A stretch of 63,412 bases of DNA, the filler included, from Chiloscyllium plagiosum (taxonomy: Eukaryota): assembly GCF_004010195.1 (NCBI RefSeq). It is 4 parts of one record of this genome, joined end to end, with 100 filler letters (N's around TTAATTAATTAA, not from the genome) between each part and the next. Parts side by side here need not be neighbours in the genome. Positions count along the whole stretch, not along the records: positions 15,982 to 40,838 come from NC_057713.1; 3 more parts are not named here. One strand, written 5' to 3'. Below the pieces are notes generated by a model. It saw only the letters and a program-made list of their open reading frames with translations. It made no database searches and was not told the DNA's origin. The translations under genes and the position numbers were made by a program. Positions 24,296-37,849 of the stretch are shown piece after piece (the first letter of the stretch is position 1; the number at the start of each line of letters is the position of its first letter).

Positions 24296-24777
24296 GTAAA
24301 AAAAACACTTTTAGCTAAAATGATAAGTAATTATCATGACCAGACATTTCCCAGTTTAATAAAACAATTTGCCTTAATTGAAGGTTGTTAATTATGCTTA
24401 AGAGCCTATAGCTTAAACTGTATTTAAATTTTTTAAAAAATTGAACTGACAATAGTAATCTAATATGTGGCTCACTCATGTCTCCTGACTGTGCATCCCA
24501 TGCTGAACCTGCTTTTCTATCTTTTACTTTATCAGCATGTTTGTTTGTAATATAATCAATCTCTTCATTCAAGTCATTAATGTAACTAGATGGATCTCCA
24601 ATAGTAAAGCCTGTGACCCTCTAGTACTTACAATTTGCCAGTTAAAAATAACCCATTTATCCCAAATCATATGCACACTTTGAGATTGCATCCTGAGCAC
24701 TTGAGACTAGTTGATTACATATCAAGAACAGCAGGGTTCTGAGTATTAGCTCTGAGGAAACAGCACTGACTGGATCC

Positions 24778-24860
24778 TTCCTGATGAAGAGCTCAACTCT
24801 CCTGCTCCTTGGATGCTGCTTGACCAGCTGCGCTTTTCCAGCGCCCCACCTTTTGACACT
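24778..24860 (+). mobile_element. Penelope-tail fragment
   Basis: cctgatgaagagc..ctcctgctccttggatgctgc..cttttccagc. Confidence 0.7.
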
Positions 24861-26029
24861 GCATCCTACCTCTAGTCTGAAAATCATTTATGTACTTATA
24901 CTGTTTCCATCACTCAGTCAACATTGTTGCCATTTATCCGTTTATTCTGTGGGTCTAAATTTTGCTGACGTAGTGCTCATGTAAGGTTTTGTCAATTGCC
25001 TGTTCAAGTCCATATTCACCAGAACACCCCATTACTCTCGTGGATGCTCGTTGCTACCACACCAAAAACTTAACTGCATTAATTTAACATGATTTCCCTT
25101 CAGCAAATCTGTGTTATGTTCTTGAATTAATCAACCTTTGTCCAATTAACTGGATTTTGACACATTACCAAGGTTGAGCTAAGTTAGGCTATCCTTTTGA
25201 ACACTGGTTTAAAATTTACAATTTTCTAGTTCTCTGCTTCATATCAATAGAATTTATCTTATTGAAAGATCTTAATTTCTTCAGAATTAAAATTATGTTT
25301 GGTCTATTGATCCATAAATGGCAAACAAAGCTGATTGCAATTCAAATCTGAAACATTCAGTAGAAATAAACTATTAGAAGTTTGTCTGTATCCACACTTT
25401 TTCTAAAATCTAAATCCTTTTATTGGGTTTTCATGTGATACATTTATGTTATCCAACCACATACAAACTGCCTAAGTAAGCATTTAGTAATGGCATTTCC
25501 TAATGAAAAGTAATGTCACTGTTGATGGATGAGCTAATTTAATAATTCAACATGCATTTTAAAATCTTTCAACTCATTTTTTCACTAACTGAAGTTTGTA
25601 ACAAAATTGCAAATTGCACAAACATGACTATCCGTTACTCCTGTCTTTTAATATTTTCATTCAAGTTTTTACTTCAAGACTACCTGTCTCAAAAGATTGA
25701 GTTTCAATTGAATAATTTGCCATAAACTGAGTTTCTTACAACAATTACATTCAAGCCAAGTAGTTTTCTGACTTTCTGTGTAATTTGTGCATTTCAAGCT
25801 TTTCAGGTTGAAGAATTCTGCAGCATGAGTTGACAATATTGACGCTTATCCATTGAGAATTTAAATTCATCTTTTTGTTTTGAAATATATTTTCGAATAA
25901 ACTGCAGATTGATCTATCAAAGCATTGTTTTAGGAAATTTATGATATTAATTAACTATTGTTACCTTTGTCTTTCAAATTGTTCTAAATCTGGTAACTCC
26001 TGTGATCGGTAATTGTAATTATACTTAAA

Positions 26030-26925
26030 TACAAACAGTGCTGGAAAAAATACAGCAAGTAGACAGAGAGAAGTGGAGTTAATGTTGGAGTCTAATATAA
26101 GTCTTCAGAGATAAATGGATTTGGGAAAGCTATGAGTTTTATGCTGGAACAATAGAGGGTCAGGAGAAGCAAGTGGAACAGATAATCAGGGTGCCAAATA
26201 ACAGAGGTAAGGGGGTTGGTCGTGATAGTAGTGAGTGAATAGAGAGATGAAGTATAGATGTTAATGCCAGAGAATAGATCACCCCAATTAAGAGAGATCC
26301 ATGCAAAAAATACGTTAGTGGGAGGTGGGGGTAATCAAAATGGAGAATTGAGTTCATGATCTGAAGTTGTTGCACTCAAAACCTAAGTGCTGTATCATAC
26401 CCAAACAGAACATTAAGCTGCACTGCTGCTCCTCCAGTCCACATTGAGCCAATGCACACTTGAGGGACAGCACCTTATTTTATGCCTAGGCATTGTAGAG
26501 ACATTAGAACTCAATGTTGAGTTCAACAACTTTCAGACCGTGAACTCCCTCCTTTTCAATTATTTCCCCCCTCAACCCTTCCTACATCTCTCCCAGTGTT
26601 TTGTTTGCATGGGTTTGCTCTTGACAGAGTTGACATATTTTAACATGTGCCACTCAGTAGCTACTCTTCTTCTAGATCGTCTTGATTTTCATTAGTACGC
26701 ATTTTGCCTTTGGCAATGAGCACCCTCTCCACCTGGTTTGCCTTCTACCCACTTTTTCACTATGCAAAATCCATCACTTGCCACCCCCTTCAGTTCCAAT
26801 GAAGAGTCATATAGGACTCAATGTAACTCTTTCTTTCTAAACAGATGTTGTCAGACCTGAGTTACTCCAGCATTTTCCATTTGTACTTCAGATCTCCAGC
26901 AACCAGAGTATTTTGCTTTTATTTG
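26030..26925. mobile_element. Old Penelope element with inverted arms
   Basis: Plus part reads LEGQHLILCLG..LNVEFNNF followed by a decayed pLTR. The left part is an antisense copy. Confidence 0.6.
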
Positions 26926-27499
26926 TGATTGTTTTCTTTAACAGTTAGCAAAAAGATGAGATATTTCATTATCTCATCTAATTGTTGAAACTAAATTTTC
27001 TTTAGAAATAATCTTCTCAATTATCTCAGTCCTGCAGGATTTTTAAAATATAAAATTATAGCAATTGTGAAAATTATGAAGTTGCCTGCATTTCATGAGG
27101 TAATGTTTTCTTGATTGTAGACCATTATTACCAGCACCACATAAGTCAGTAAATTTACTGGAAGTGCAGCAAAGCATTAATGTTCCATTTGAGTACTCTC
27201 AGACATGCCAAAAAGTAATATAAGGAAATTTCACTCTAATATAATGGCTCTTCATTCATTTGCATGGACATTAGTGAGCTGAATACATGCTTTTTTCCAG
27301 AAGTAGATGGAGAAAATTTTTCTGTACATTCTGAGTGCAGGTTTGTTGGTACAATAATTCAATTGAGCAGAAAAGAGGATCATTCAACAAAGGTGCAGAG
27401 TGCATACAGGGAGAATTCTGGGCAGTGGTCACCAAAGAGCACCAAAATTAAATCAGTATGCTGCTAGATGGACAGGAACAATGTGGTGATGATGAGTTC

Positions 27500-29520
27500 G
27501 AGTCATTGGGTGAAACAACATAGAAGAAACTCTTAAGCTCATTGAGTCTGTTCCAATCTATCTACTCTAATCCCACTTTCCAGCCCTTGGCCCATAGCCT
27601 TGAATACTATGGCATTTCAAGTGTTCATCTGCATACTTAAAGGTTGTGAGGTTTCCTGCCTCTACTACTGTCCCAGGTTTTAGCTTCTAGATTCTAGATT
27701 CCCATCACCCTGTGGATAAAATAATGTTTTCTCAAATCCCCTCTAAACCTCCTGCCCTTCACTTTAAAATTATGTCACCTCGCTATTGACCATTCAACTA
27801 AGGGAAGCAGCTGTTTCTTAACTACCTTGTCCATCCTCTCATAATCTTGTGTATCTCAACTGTTTTACTCTCAGCCTTCTCTGGTCCAAAGGAAAAAAAC
27901 GTAAGCCTTTCTTCACTGCTAAGATGCTCCATACAAGGAAAGGTTCTGATGAAACTCCTCTGGAATCACATCCTTCCTGTAGTAAGACACCCAGAGTTGC
28001 ACGCAGTACTCAGGCTTTGGCCCAACCAACATAAAACCCCTGCTTTTATAATCAGTGCTGCAACTAAGAAAGGCAAGCATTCCATATGCCACCTTAACTA
28101 TTCTATTAACGTCCCGCCAACTTCAGGGATCTGTGGACAAGCACTCCAAGATCCCTGTGTTCCTTACTATTTAGTGTCCTGCTGTTCTTTGACTGCTTCC
28201 CTTTCTGTTACCCCCAAAATGCATTACCTCAAATTTATTAGATTAAAATACCATATGCCACTGATTTGCTCATTTGACCAAATTAATTATATTTCCCCAC
28301 TATTAACCCCTGGCCAATATTCGTCCCATCTGCTTTGTTGAAAGCCATGCAGACTACAACTGCACTACACTTTTCTCCCCTCGTGATCATCCCTTTGGAA
28401 AATTTCATTAAGTTTGCTTGGCATGACTTCTCTGATAAAGTGATGCTGACTGTCCGTAATCAAACCTTCTTTCTCCAAGTGGAGATAAATTTGCCCCTTC
28501 AGAATTTTTCCAAATAGTTTCCTTACCACTGAGAGATTCTCTGGTTTATCTTGACTACTCTTCAAAGGGTGAACATATTCTCCAGCCGTCTGCCACCTTC
28601 CCTGTGGCCAAAGAGGGATTAAAAATTTGGGTCCGAGCCACTCTAATTTCCTCCCTCTTCCCCCACAGGAACACAGGGATCTTGGAGTGCTTGTCCACAG
28701 ATCCCTGAAGTTGGCGGGACGTTAATAGAGTAGTTAAGGTGGCATATGGAATGCTTGCGCCTTTCTTAGTTGCAGCACTGATTATAAAAGCAGGGAGCTG
28801 GAAGTTTTTGTTGCAAACGTTTCGTCCTCTGGCTAGGCGACATCATCAGTGCTTGGGAGCCTCCTGCGAAGCGCTTCTTTGATGTTTCCTCCGGTGTTTA
28901 TAGTGGAACAATAGAGGGTCACCGGAGGAAACATCAAAGAAGCGCTTCGCAGGAGGCTCCCAAGCACTGATGATGTCGCCTAGCCAGGGGACGAAACGTT
29001 TGCAACAAAAAATTCCAGCTCGGCGAACAGAACCACAACAATGAGCACCCGAGCTACAAATCTTCGCACAAACTTTAAAAGCATGCAGAGATTATGTTGG
29101 GAGATTATGTTGGTCCAACTCATCTGGACCTTGGGATTTGTCCACTTTTAAACCTACCAAAATTCCAATACTCCTATGTCAAACTGCTCAACTTATCTCT
29201 CTCCTCAAATTCTGAGCCAAAATACTCCTGTGACTGAAGAACAAATGTGATGCATTTGTTTAACACTCTGCCAATGTCCACCAGTTTCACATACACACAT
29301 TGTCTCCTTGATCCGTTATGGGCCATGCTCTTTCTCTGGTTATCCTCTTCCCCTTAGAATATCTTTCAATTCTATGTAATTTTACCTGCCAGTGTTTTCT
29401 TATTCCCCTCTTTCCTTGTCTGATTGCTTTCTTAAACTCCCCCTGCACATTCCACAAGAGCCTCAATTGATTTGCTCCTTTTGTACCTGCTAAAAACTTC
29501 TCTTTTCCTTCCTATTTTCT
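27500..29520 (-). mobile_element. Decayed CR1 LINE hosting a complex insertion at 28668-29115
   Basis: RT fragments (IYLHLEKEGLITDSQHHF) and a 3' end near 27520. Confidence 0.8.
28795..29076. mobile_element. Young Penelope pLTR hairpin (102-bp arms) with hammerhead cores on both arms
   Basis: 28795-28896 pairs with 28920-29021. Core GCA-CTGATGA-TGTCGCCT-agcc-AGGGGAC-GAAACGTT-TGC at 28964-29003. Confidence 0.88.
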
Positions 29521-29524
29521 CTCT

Positions 29525-29990
29525 TTTGAGTACAGCAACAAGGATGCCTTACTGCAGTCATGAAGGGCATAAGTGAGGCCACACTTGGAATATTGTATCT
29601 AGTTTAGGTCTCCTTAATTGAGGAAGGATGTTTTTACCACAGGGGGTGCAGCGAAGGTTTCACAAATAGATTCCTGGGGTGGCAGGACTGACGCATGAGG
29701 AGAGATTGATTTGGTTAGGATTATATTTCCTAGAATGTCGACAAATGAGGGGGAATCTCAGAAACATAGAAAACTTTAACAGGACTAGACAACTTAAATG
29801 TAGGAAGGATATTCCTGATGGTAGGGGAGTCCAGAATCAGGGGGTCATAATTTAAAGATGAGAGGTAACTCCTTTGGGACTCAGATTAGGAAAAATTCCT
29901 TCACCTAGTAAGTCTGTTGTTGAATTCATGAGCTCAGAAATTGGTTGAGGCTAAAACATTGTGTTTTGATGTTGGGTTAGATGCAGCTCT
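29525..29990 (+). mobile_element. Decayed CR1 fragment
   Basis: EYSNKDALLQ..VRPHLEYCI. Confidence 0.75.
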
Positions 29991-30679
29991 ATGTAGTTGA
30001 ATTAATTTAAAGTTAAGTATCTCCCATGATTTGTGAATTGCCTCATCAACTTATCGTTTCACCTTCAAGATGTGTGAATGTGCACCCTTATGTCTCTCTC
30101 CACTCGCTGAGAAAGTAACAATTAAATACTACAGTCCGTGCAAGTTTTTTAATCCCAAATGCAATGCTTCTCACTTCAAACCAGATAGCATCAAAATGTT
30201 ATAAGATGATTGAAAAGCATCAATTATTAACTGATGGATTTCATGCTTCTTGTACATCCTAACTCCTGTAACAGTGCTTGTTTAGGCCTGAATGCATGAT
30301 GGCTATTTGTGAGGCGAAAGCTGCTATTTCCTGACTTGTGATTTATCAAATGAATTATTGCCTTATATCAAATTGTTGGTAGTTTATTGTAATGTGTTTG
30401 CCAGAGTGAATATTAAATGCCCAAATGAGGCTTTCATACAATCTTGTCCTTTTCTGAAGGCAACAATATGGTATCACTCGATTCATATAGTATTGATATA
30501 CAGGATATTTATTCTCATTGGTGAAATGGTATGCAGAGTTTTCATTATGATGGACTCATGTCTCATCCATGAAACTTAATTTGAAGATATTTGAACTAAT
30601 AATGGAAATATCACATTGTTCAACTTATGAAATGATATCTGTGAAATTTTAAAATGATCTAAGTACTGCAGGAAGATGA

Positions 30680-30950
30680 ACTGGGTTAAAGCTTTTTTCC
30701 AACCAACAAAACTCATCATGACTCAGTCCGAGATGGCAGTGATAATCTTTTCTGCACTGCTTTTATCTCGTGCTTTGTTGACTTGCATTGGTTGCAATTC
30801 TCTCAATCTAGCTTGATGAGAGTATAACACATTTCAGACATAACTGCATCAAACTTTGAGTTCATTACTTTCTCTACCGTATTCCATTTTTTTGGTTGAT
30901 TGCCATTCTGCAATAACATAACATTCAAAGTTCCAAGTCTGATAAATCAC
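30680..30950 (-). pseudogene. Ancient non-LTR APE endonuclease N-terminus relic (RTE-like)
   Basis: FIRLGTLNVMLL..KFDAVMSEM resembles APE motifs I and II (IGTLNV; DIVALSET). Stops follow. Confidence 0.4.
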
Positions 30951-32589
30951 AGGTCAGCTTCACCATCAGTAAGCTTAACACCACTGATGAACTATTTACA
31001 ATTACATTTTTAGGACTTTCCTAAAGATAAATTCCTACTTGGTGCACAAGGACATTTTTGTTTGTGAGCCCTCAGCCTCTCTAAACAAGCATGTATATTA
31101 TCTATTGACATTGGAAGAAAATTTTGTTGGTGTTAATATTAATGAATTTGCTGAAATTGGCACAGGCCTTCTCATATTCTTTGAAAATGAACATCTTAGA
31201 AAACCATACAGAAGAGATCATAAACTTGTCAAGAATTATTAAAAACAGATTCTGGAAATGATAATGTAATAGAACAGTGTATTTACTTCTCGGGGTTTTA
31301 TAGGGTAAGACAATTCTACAATGTTCTCTTAGATGAAACATTGACCAACATCAAAAATATAACTCCCATCTGAAGTTTCAACCTAATAAAATGAAGTCTT
31401 CAATCTCTTTTTCGGAGAAGTCTGTCTCACTTATCCTCAGAATCAGTGGCTCCTGGCTATATACTTGCTCAACGTTTTGCAAAGCATCATTCCACTTCAA
31501 AACCAAGCTATGAGAGACTTTGCTAACAATAACTGAATTATGAGACAAAGACAATGCCTTATAGAGAGTGTACAAACTCCAAAAAACTAATTGATCCAAC
31601 TCTCGAAATACCACCAGTCTCGCATTTGGCAAATCAGAGTGGAAGATAGTCATTCTTGCAGGGTATTTTGTAAAAAAGCGGAAAACAATCATGATTTAGT
31701 TATGCCTCTTTTCTGGTAAACCGTATTAAATCACCTTTTATCTCAGAATCTGGTTTATTGCCTATCTATGAGAAATGATTATATGTCTTTGAGGCATAAT
31801 AGGCAGCAATTTTCAGCCGTTAAAAACAAGACACAAAAGGTTTGGAAATTTTTCTCATCATTGAATCAGTTAAAATGAACTTTCAAGCTATGTCTCAATG
31901 ATATGTTGTTCCTATGTTTTGAAATTTTCCTCCTCTTTCCCTTTCCTACAAAATTCACGTTTCTTCCTCACGTAGCATTCTTAAGTTTGTGAATATTACT
32001 TAATCGCGTTTGCATTAATTTGTATTATAATGCCATCAAATAGAATTCAACTCATGCAGGGTTAGTCCTGTATAAGTAACACTTACAAGTCTGGGATTAC
32101 AGATAAGGTCCAAATGAAATGACTGTCAGAATTATGTTCATTAATACATTCTAGCAATATTCACACACAATCCCTTTCATTTGCGCTCAGACTAAAGTGA
32201 AAGGGTGAAACAGGGGAGTCCATATGGGAGGGCAATAACAAATTGGATGGAATTCAACTGGCCTGTCTCCAGCACAGAACTGGTGAAGAGTCTGAGGTAA
32301 AAGTTTTTTGTCTTTATGCACAGCAGACACACATGAGCCGAGAATAATTTTAAATGGAAAACAGATATGCCATTTCCCCTCACCCTCGCCTGAAGTCTCT
32401 CCAAACTCCCAAAGTTGTCAGCTCCTCCAATAATGTCCTCTCTGTACTAAATTTTATTTTCTCTTGATCTGTCTAATTGCATTTTTTAATCTCTTTGTTG
32501 TTGCTGCTTATTTTCCCATTTCAAGTAACTCTGAAACAATGTCGCACAAGTATTTTCAGAAATTGCAATTGAACATCTTTAAATCCCTA

Positions 32590-33350
32590 TCCCATGCAAG
32601 TTCCTTTTACACATGCCAACTGTCTCATGCCATACCTATCTCACTCATGTTGTCTCTCTTATAATCCCCATTCTAGTGTTTATTCCTAGGTTATTACCTT
32701 TACATTCTCTCATGCACTGTAATTGCCCCCATTTCTCACATCACAAGTCAGGCTCCCACACCAATGTTGTCTTGACCCCCTCACTTGATGTCACTGCTCT
32801 CTTTACCTAACTCCTGTGCCTCTCATTCCACCCTATGTGATCACTGCTTTCAATCTCACCAAGGTTGTCCCCCATTCTATCCTCCTTCCCTCATGAAATC
32901 ATCCGATCCATGCCATCCCAATTCTATATCTCCTTTCAAGCTTCCCTTGTTCACATCCTTCATCACCATTATTCCACTTCTCACTCCACTTCAGTGACAT
33001 CTACTTCTCTCCTCCCATGTGATTATTTCCCTCATTCACTCACTTCCTTTCCCATACTGTCTTCCACTCCCCTTTCCTGTGCTGCCTCCTTCTCATGTCT
33101 CCCTCATGCCATCCAACCTTTCACTGTTCCCTACCACCCCCTCCCACTCCATATCCCAACTAGCTATGTTGATCTCTTCCCATGCAGTCCACGTCGCACA
33201 CTCCATTCCATCACCCTGTCTCATGTTGTATCGAAGCCTTAATTCCATGTCTTTCCTACCTTGCTGCCCCTAAGTTCCAAATGTGTCTCATGTATCTTCA
33301 TCTATCCCAGCCATCACCTCAGTTTTTCTTCTCTACTCCCCCCTCCCCAC
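32590..33350. repeat. Pyrimidine-rich low-complexity tract
   Basis: Strong C/T skew producing several spurious S/P/H-rich ORFs. Confidence 0.7.
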
Positions 33351-33894
33351 AGCCCGCACAAGCCATAGGCTGTCTGGCTGCAGTCAGTGATACCGGAGGG
33401 TGTGATAAGAGCTGGGGGGCCATGAGTGGGATTTGGGAACTGTGAAGAATAACTGAGCGAAATACACTCGTTTCTGCCCATTCAATTAAACCAATTAAAA
33501 TGTGGACAGATCTACACTGGTATGATAAATCACAATATAAAATATTCAAGATTTAATCGTTGTCTTGAAGGGCATAAAACCATTTACTGTAATATTTTAA
33601 TTGAACCTGCCAAAGGAAGTCAAAGTAATAAATTGTGAATTTGGAGGTTGGGAAAACTCATAGAATTGTGTTTGAAAGCAACAGCTACGAAAGCTAAAAG
33701 ACATCCTGATATTATATTTCCCAATGTCAAAAGTTCAATCGTTAATCATCCCTTATTCCTTGAATTATATATGAAGCAATAATTTTTATAAAAACTGAAT
33801 TTCCAAGTTCCAAATACTGATCACACTTACACCTCTCAGAACTTAATCTCATTTATTATCATGTTAAGTTTACCCTGAGATTATAAAGGCAGAG

Positions 33895-34514
33895 GTGACA
33901 AAATGTCTTGGAAAGAGACTAGTTTTAAAATGGCCGGGGAGTGGCCAGTTCTCTCTGTTCAGGTTTTTTTAAAATACTTATGGTTTAGTTGTAACAGTGA
34001 GAACATGCTGCAGAGATGGTTCTTGACTGGCTTCTCTTTCAGACATTTCTCCTGCCTGTAAGAACCTGTTTGAATTTACCTTTCGCCAAGGGGTGTTTTT
34101 ATGGGATGTTGCGGGAATTGGAGCAGTTCCTTAGTTGCGATATTGAGTTGGTTGGGGTTTCAAATATTTCCTGATGAAGGGGTCCTGCCTGAAACATCGA
34201 TTTTCCTGCACCTCAGATGCTGCTTGACCTACTGTGCTTTTTTAGCACCACTCTAATCTTGACTCTATCTCCAGCATCTGCAGTCCTCACTTTCGCCTGA
34301 GGTTTCAAATAGTTGTTATTCTGAATTCTGTTTTCTTTTGTTCATGTTTCAGCTGTGTTGCTTAAATAAATTCTGTTTTGCTTAAAGCCAAGTAGTTTAA
34401 CCAGCTGCATCACACCTGGAATATCGACTCACATCTGCCTTTAAAATAAGAAAATGTTAGGGTCGTGGCTACCTTGTTGAAATATTTTTAGGGAGTTCTG
34501 GCCTGGTCTATAAA
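33895..34514 (+). mobile_element. Probable solo LTR interrupted by a Penelope tail (34168-34300)
   Basis: AATAAA at 34365, decayed termini, aggcag on both flanks. The nested tail has a ggtttcaaata duplication. Confidence 0.5.
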
Positions 34515-34519
34515 AGGCA

Positions 34520-35385
34520 GGAATCTGAGAAACTAGATTGGGACAGCTGTTTAAGGGCAAATCCACAGCTGACGTGGGATCCTTTTAAAGGCCAGTTGAT
34601 CAGAATTCAGGACCAGCATGTTCCCGTGAGGATAAAAGATAAGAATGGCAAGATTCAGGGACCCTAGATGACAGGAGATTTTGTAAATTCAGTTAAAAAG
34701 AGAAAGGTAACCTATGTAAACTGAAATCAGAGAAGGCCATTGAGGAATATACAGGAAGCAGAAAAGAACTTAAATAGAGGATTAGAAAGGCTAAAACTGG
34801 CATGAAATTTAGGATTAAGGAGAAGCCGGAGGCATTTTAAACATATGTAAGGAGCAAAAGGGTATCTAGGGAAAGGGTCTGTTCTCTCATGGGCAAAGAA
34901 GGGAATTTATGCATGGAGCCTGACAAAGTGGGTGAGGTTCTAATACTTTGTAACAGTATTCACCAAGGTCAAGGACATGGATGATAAGATTAGTGAGAGG
35001 TATGTTGATGTGCTGTGACATGGTATATTAAGAATGAGGAGACATCAGGTGGGATTTTAAAAGCATTAAGATAGCTAAGTCCCCAAGGCCTGATGAGATC
35101 TTGCCCAGGAATACTGAGAGAGGCAAAGGAGGTGATTGCTCAGGCTTGGACAGAGATCTTTATATCCTGTTTTGCCACAGGTGAAGTCCCAAAAGAATTG
35201 AAAATAGCCAATGCTATTCCTTTGTGTGGGTAGGCAACAGGGATAATCCGGGGAATTATAAGATGATGAGCCTTACATCAGTGGTTGGGAAATTAGTGGA
35301 GAAGATTTTTAAGAACAGGGTTTAATTGCATTTGGAAAATAACAGACTTGTTAATGATAACCAGCATGGTTTGGGGCAGGGAAGT
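34520..35385 (+). mobile_element. Decayed CR1 ORF2 middle
   Basis: KSPRPDEILPRILRE..ATGEVPK..NPGNYKMMSLTSVVGKL. Confidence 0.8.
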
Positions 35386-37026
35386 TTGGATTATGTGCAA
35401 TCAATTCACAACTGAATATTCAGCATTGAGCTTGAAGATACTATTTGAATTCAACTATGCAAATACTTTTTTTGTACAGTTTATTAAATTAAAATTAAAT
35501 AATTGAAACAATTTTCAACCTTATTTCTGGCATCATAGCTGAGGAATCCGCCACTTGTAATCAGTTGGCTTCTGGAAATGTATATCTTGATCAAACTAGC
35601 ACTTAACCATTCATACTCTATCCTAAACTCCTCTGTTCCTTACATTTTCCTTTTTGTTTTTCCTTTCTTCATTCTTTTTCTTTGAAGGGTAATTTCCTCA
35701 GGTCTTTCATAACATCCCCTCCCCCCGCGCCCCCACTGCCACCTGCTGTGAGAACCCCGTTCTGAGGAAGGGTTAGTCTGATTTCTCTCTACAGATGCTG
35801 CCAGACTTGCTGAGCGCTTCTATCAATTTCTGTTTTTAGTCGAGATATTTCTGTTAAACTGAACTTTCAGGAGTTTGATAAAAGTATTTGAACCTGTGTG
35901 GCATTGTTTGGGGACACTGAATGATGTCGGCTCTGCCAAGAAATCTGAGAAAATCACATGAAAAGTTCAGCAAGGCCTTTCCTGAAGTTAGGGGCAACTA
36001 GTTGCATTTTCCAACAGAGGTGTGAGACAAGATTCTCACTCTGGAGCATTGAGATGACTATAAGGGGAATTATTGCTTGTTATCAGCCTCATTAATTATA
36101 GATCGTGCTTCATTAATCTGCAATTTCCTATCCTACACCCACTGTGGGATAACCAAATGCCAAAAAATTCCTGACTTGAAAGTCTGAATAGCACCTGTCA
36201 ACTCCAACTCACCACTTTCAGCTCCAGAATTCCATGTTGTACACCCAGTATGAGCATCTTGGGCAGCTGTTACATGCACCCCAGATGTGTGGACTTTGGT
36301 GTTGGACACTTGCCAGCCTCTCCACATCATCATGGCATGTCCCCAGTCTACTTAAACCACGCTGCTGCAAGGCCATGCTCCACCTTGAAGTGCACCAGCC
36401 TACATGCAGGACAGGCCCCCAGGTTATAGACTGGACCAGGTTGCATTTCCGGGCTGTTTATTTTCTATCTTAGAATCACTTGAGCCTGATTGGATTATTG
36501 TAGGTTAACCACTACAAGTTACCTTTAATCCAGCTATTTATCAAGAAATCTCACAGACAATCAGGAACGAAAACAACTATTGAAATTTTATTGTGTGTAG
36601 CAACCAAAATAAGGTCCGTCAAGTAAGCAAATTATGTCTCACAACTCAACTTGTCTATTATCTGATTAGTGGTGAAACTCTGCCTCAATCCCACCAATAG
36701 TGGTTTGACTCTGGAAATGTCAAGGGTTTGATCCTTATGCAAAATTGTTCTCCAGAGTTCTGCTGAAGGTGGAGTTCTGGTGTTTGATTCTTCTACAGAT
36801 TTTCGTCCTTCAGATCTGTGAAGTGACATATTGATGATTCTTTTAAAGTCCTTTCATCCAAATTACTGCAAGTCTGCAGCTTGCCTTCTTACCAGAAGTA
36901 GCTTCTTTGTTACTTGTTGCATTTGGCATTGACTGTTCAAAGACACAGTTTTCCTGTGATTAACTCCTTAAATTCTTCTGCAGGGCAAGTGTTGTCTTAG
37001 GGGTGGCAATAAAGCATCCAGATAAT

Positions 37027-37382
37027 CAAACCGGTAATAAAGTAGTAGGGTGGCATGGTGGCTCAGTAGTTAGCACTGCTGCCTCACAGCGTCAGGGACG
37101 CGGTTCGATTTCTGCCTCAGGCGACTGTCTATGTGGAGTTTGCACATTCTCCCCGTGTCTGCATGTGTTTCCTCTGGGTACTTCGGTTTCCTCCCACAAT
37201 CCAAAGATGTGCAGGTCAGATGAATTGGCCATGCTAAATTGCCATAGTGTTAGATTCATTAGTCAGGGGGAAATATAGGGTGGGGGAATCGGTCTAAGTG
37301 AGTTACTCTTCGGAGGGTTGGCGTGGACTTATTGGGCTGAAGGGCCTGTTTCCATACTGTAGGGAATCTAATCTAATCTAAA
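37027..37382 (+). mobile_element. HE1-like V-SINE, full length
   Basis: A box TGGCTCAGTAG, B box GGTTCGATT, V-domain, (AATCT)n tail. Confidence 0.92.
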
Positions 37383-37849
37383 CTGGTTTTGTTCATGTAG
37401 CCTCCAATCCTCCTTTTGCTAGATATGGCTAATTGTTTTCAATTCCTATATAACTTTATCCTAGCCTTTAATAGTTTATTCCAGACAGAGTTATTGCTGC
37501 TGCTTTTGAGTATAATAGTTTATCTTTTGTTGATTCTTTCAATCCATGAACAGTTATTAAAGTTCTGAAGCCTACAATATGATATGATGCTCACAGTTTT
37601 CTTACCTTGCCTTGTCTTGCCTTTTTTGAATCCACTGCCAGAGCCAATTAGGTTCTCAGTAATGCTGTCTTGACAACTCTGCAGCTCAGACACAAAGCCA
37701 GGAAGTTTGTCATGATTGTTAGCAGTTCTCAGTCAAGTCAAGGGGGACACATTTCAGTCAGGAGGTCCTGCCAAAGGAAGTCAAAGACAGCCACTAGTCC
37801 AGGAGCTTTGACGAGTCAATCAGTCACTTGGGGTGGTTAGGATGCTGTA

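Noticed and set aside
32613..33445. Overlapping S/P/H-rich ORFs
   Set aside because: By-product of pyrimidine skew.
37027..37115. tRNA gene
   Set aside because: tRNA-derived head of an HE1 SINE, continuing into the V-domain.
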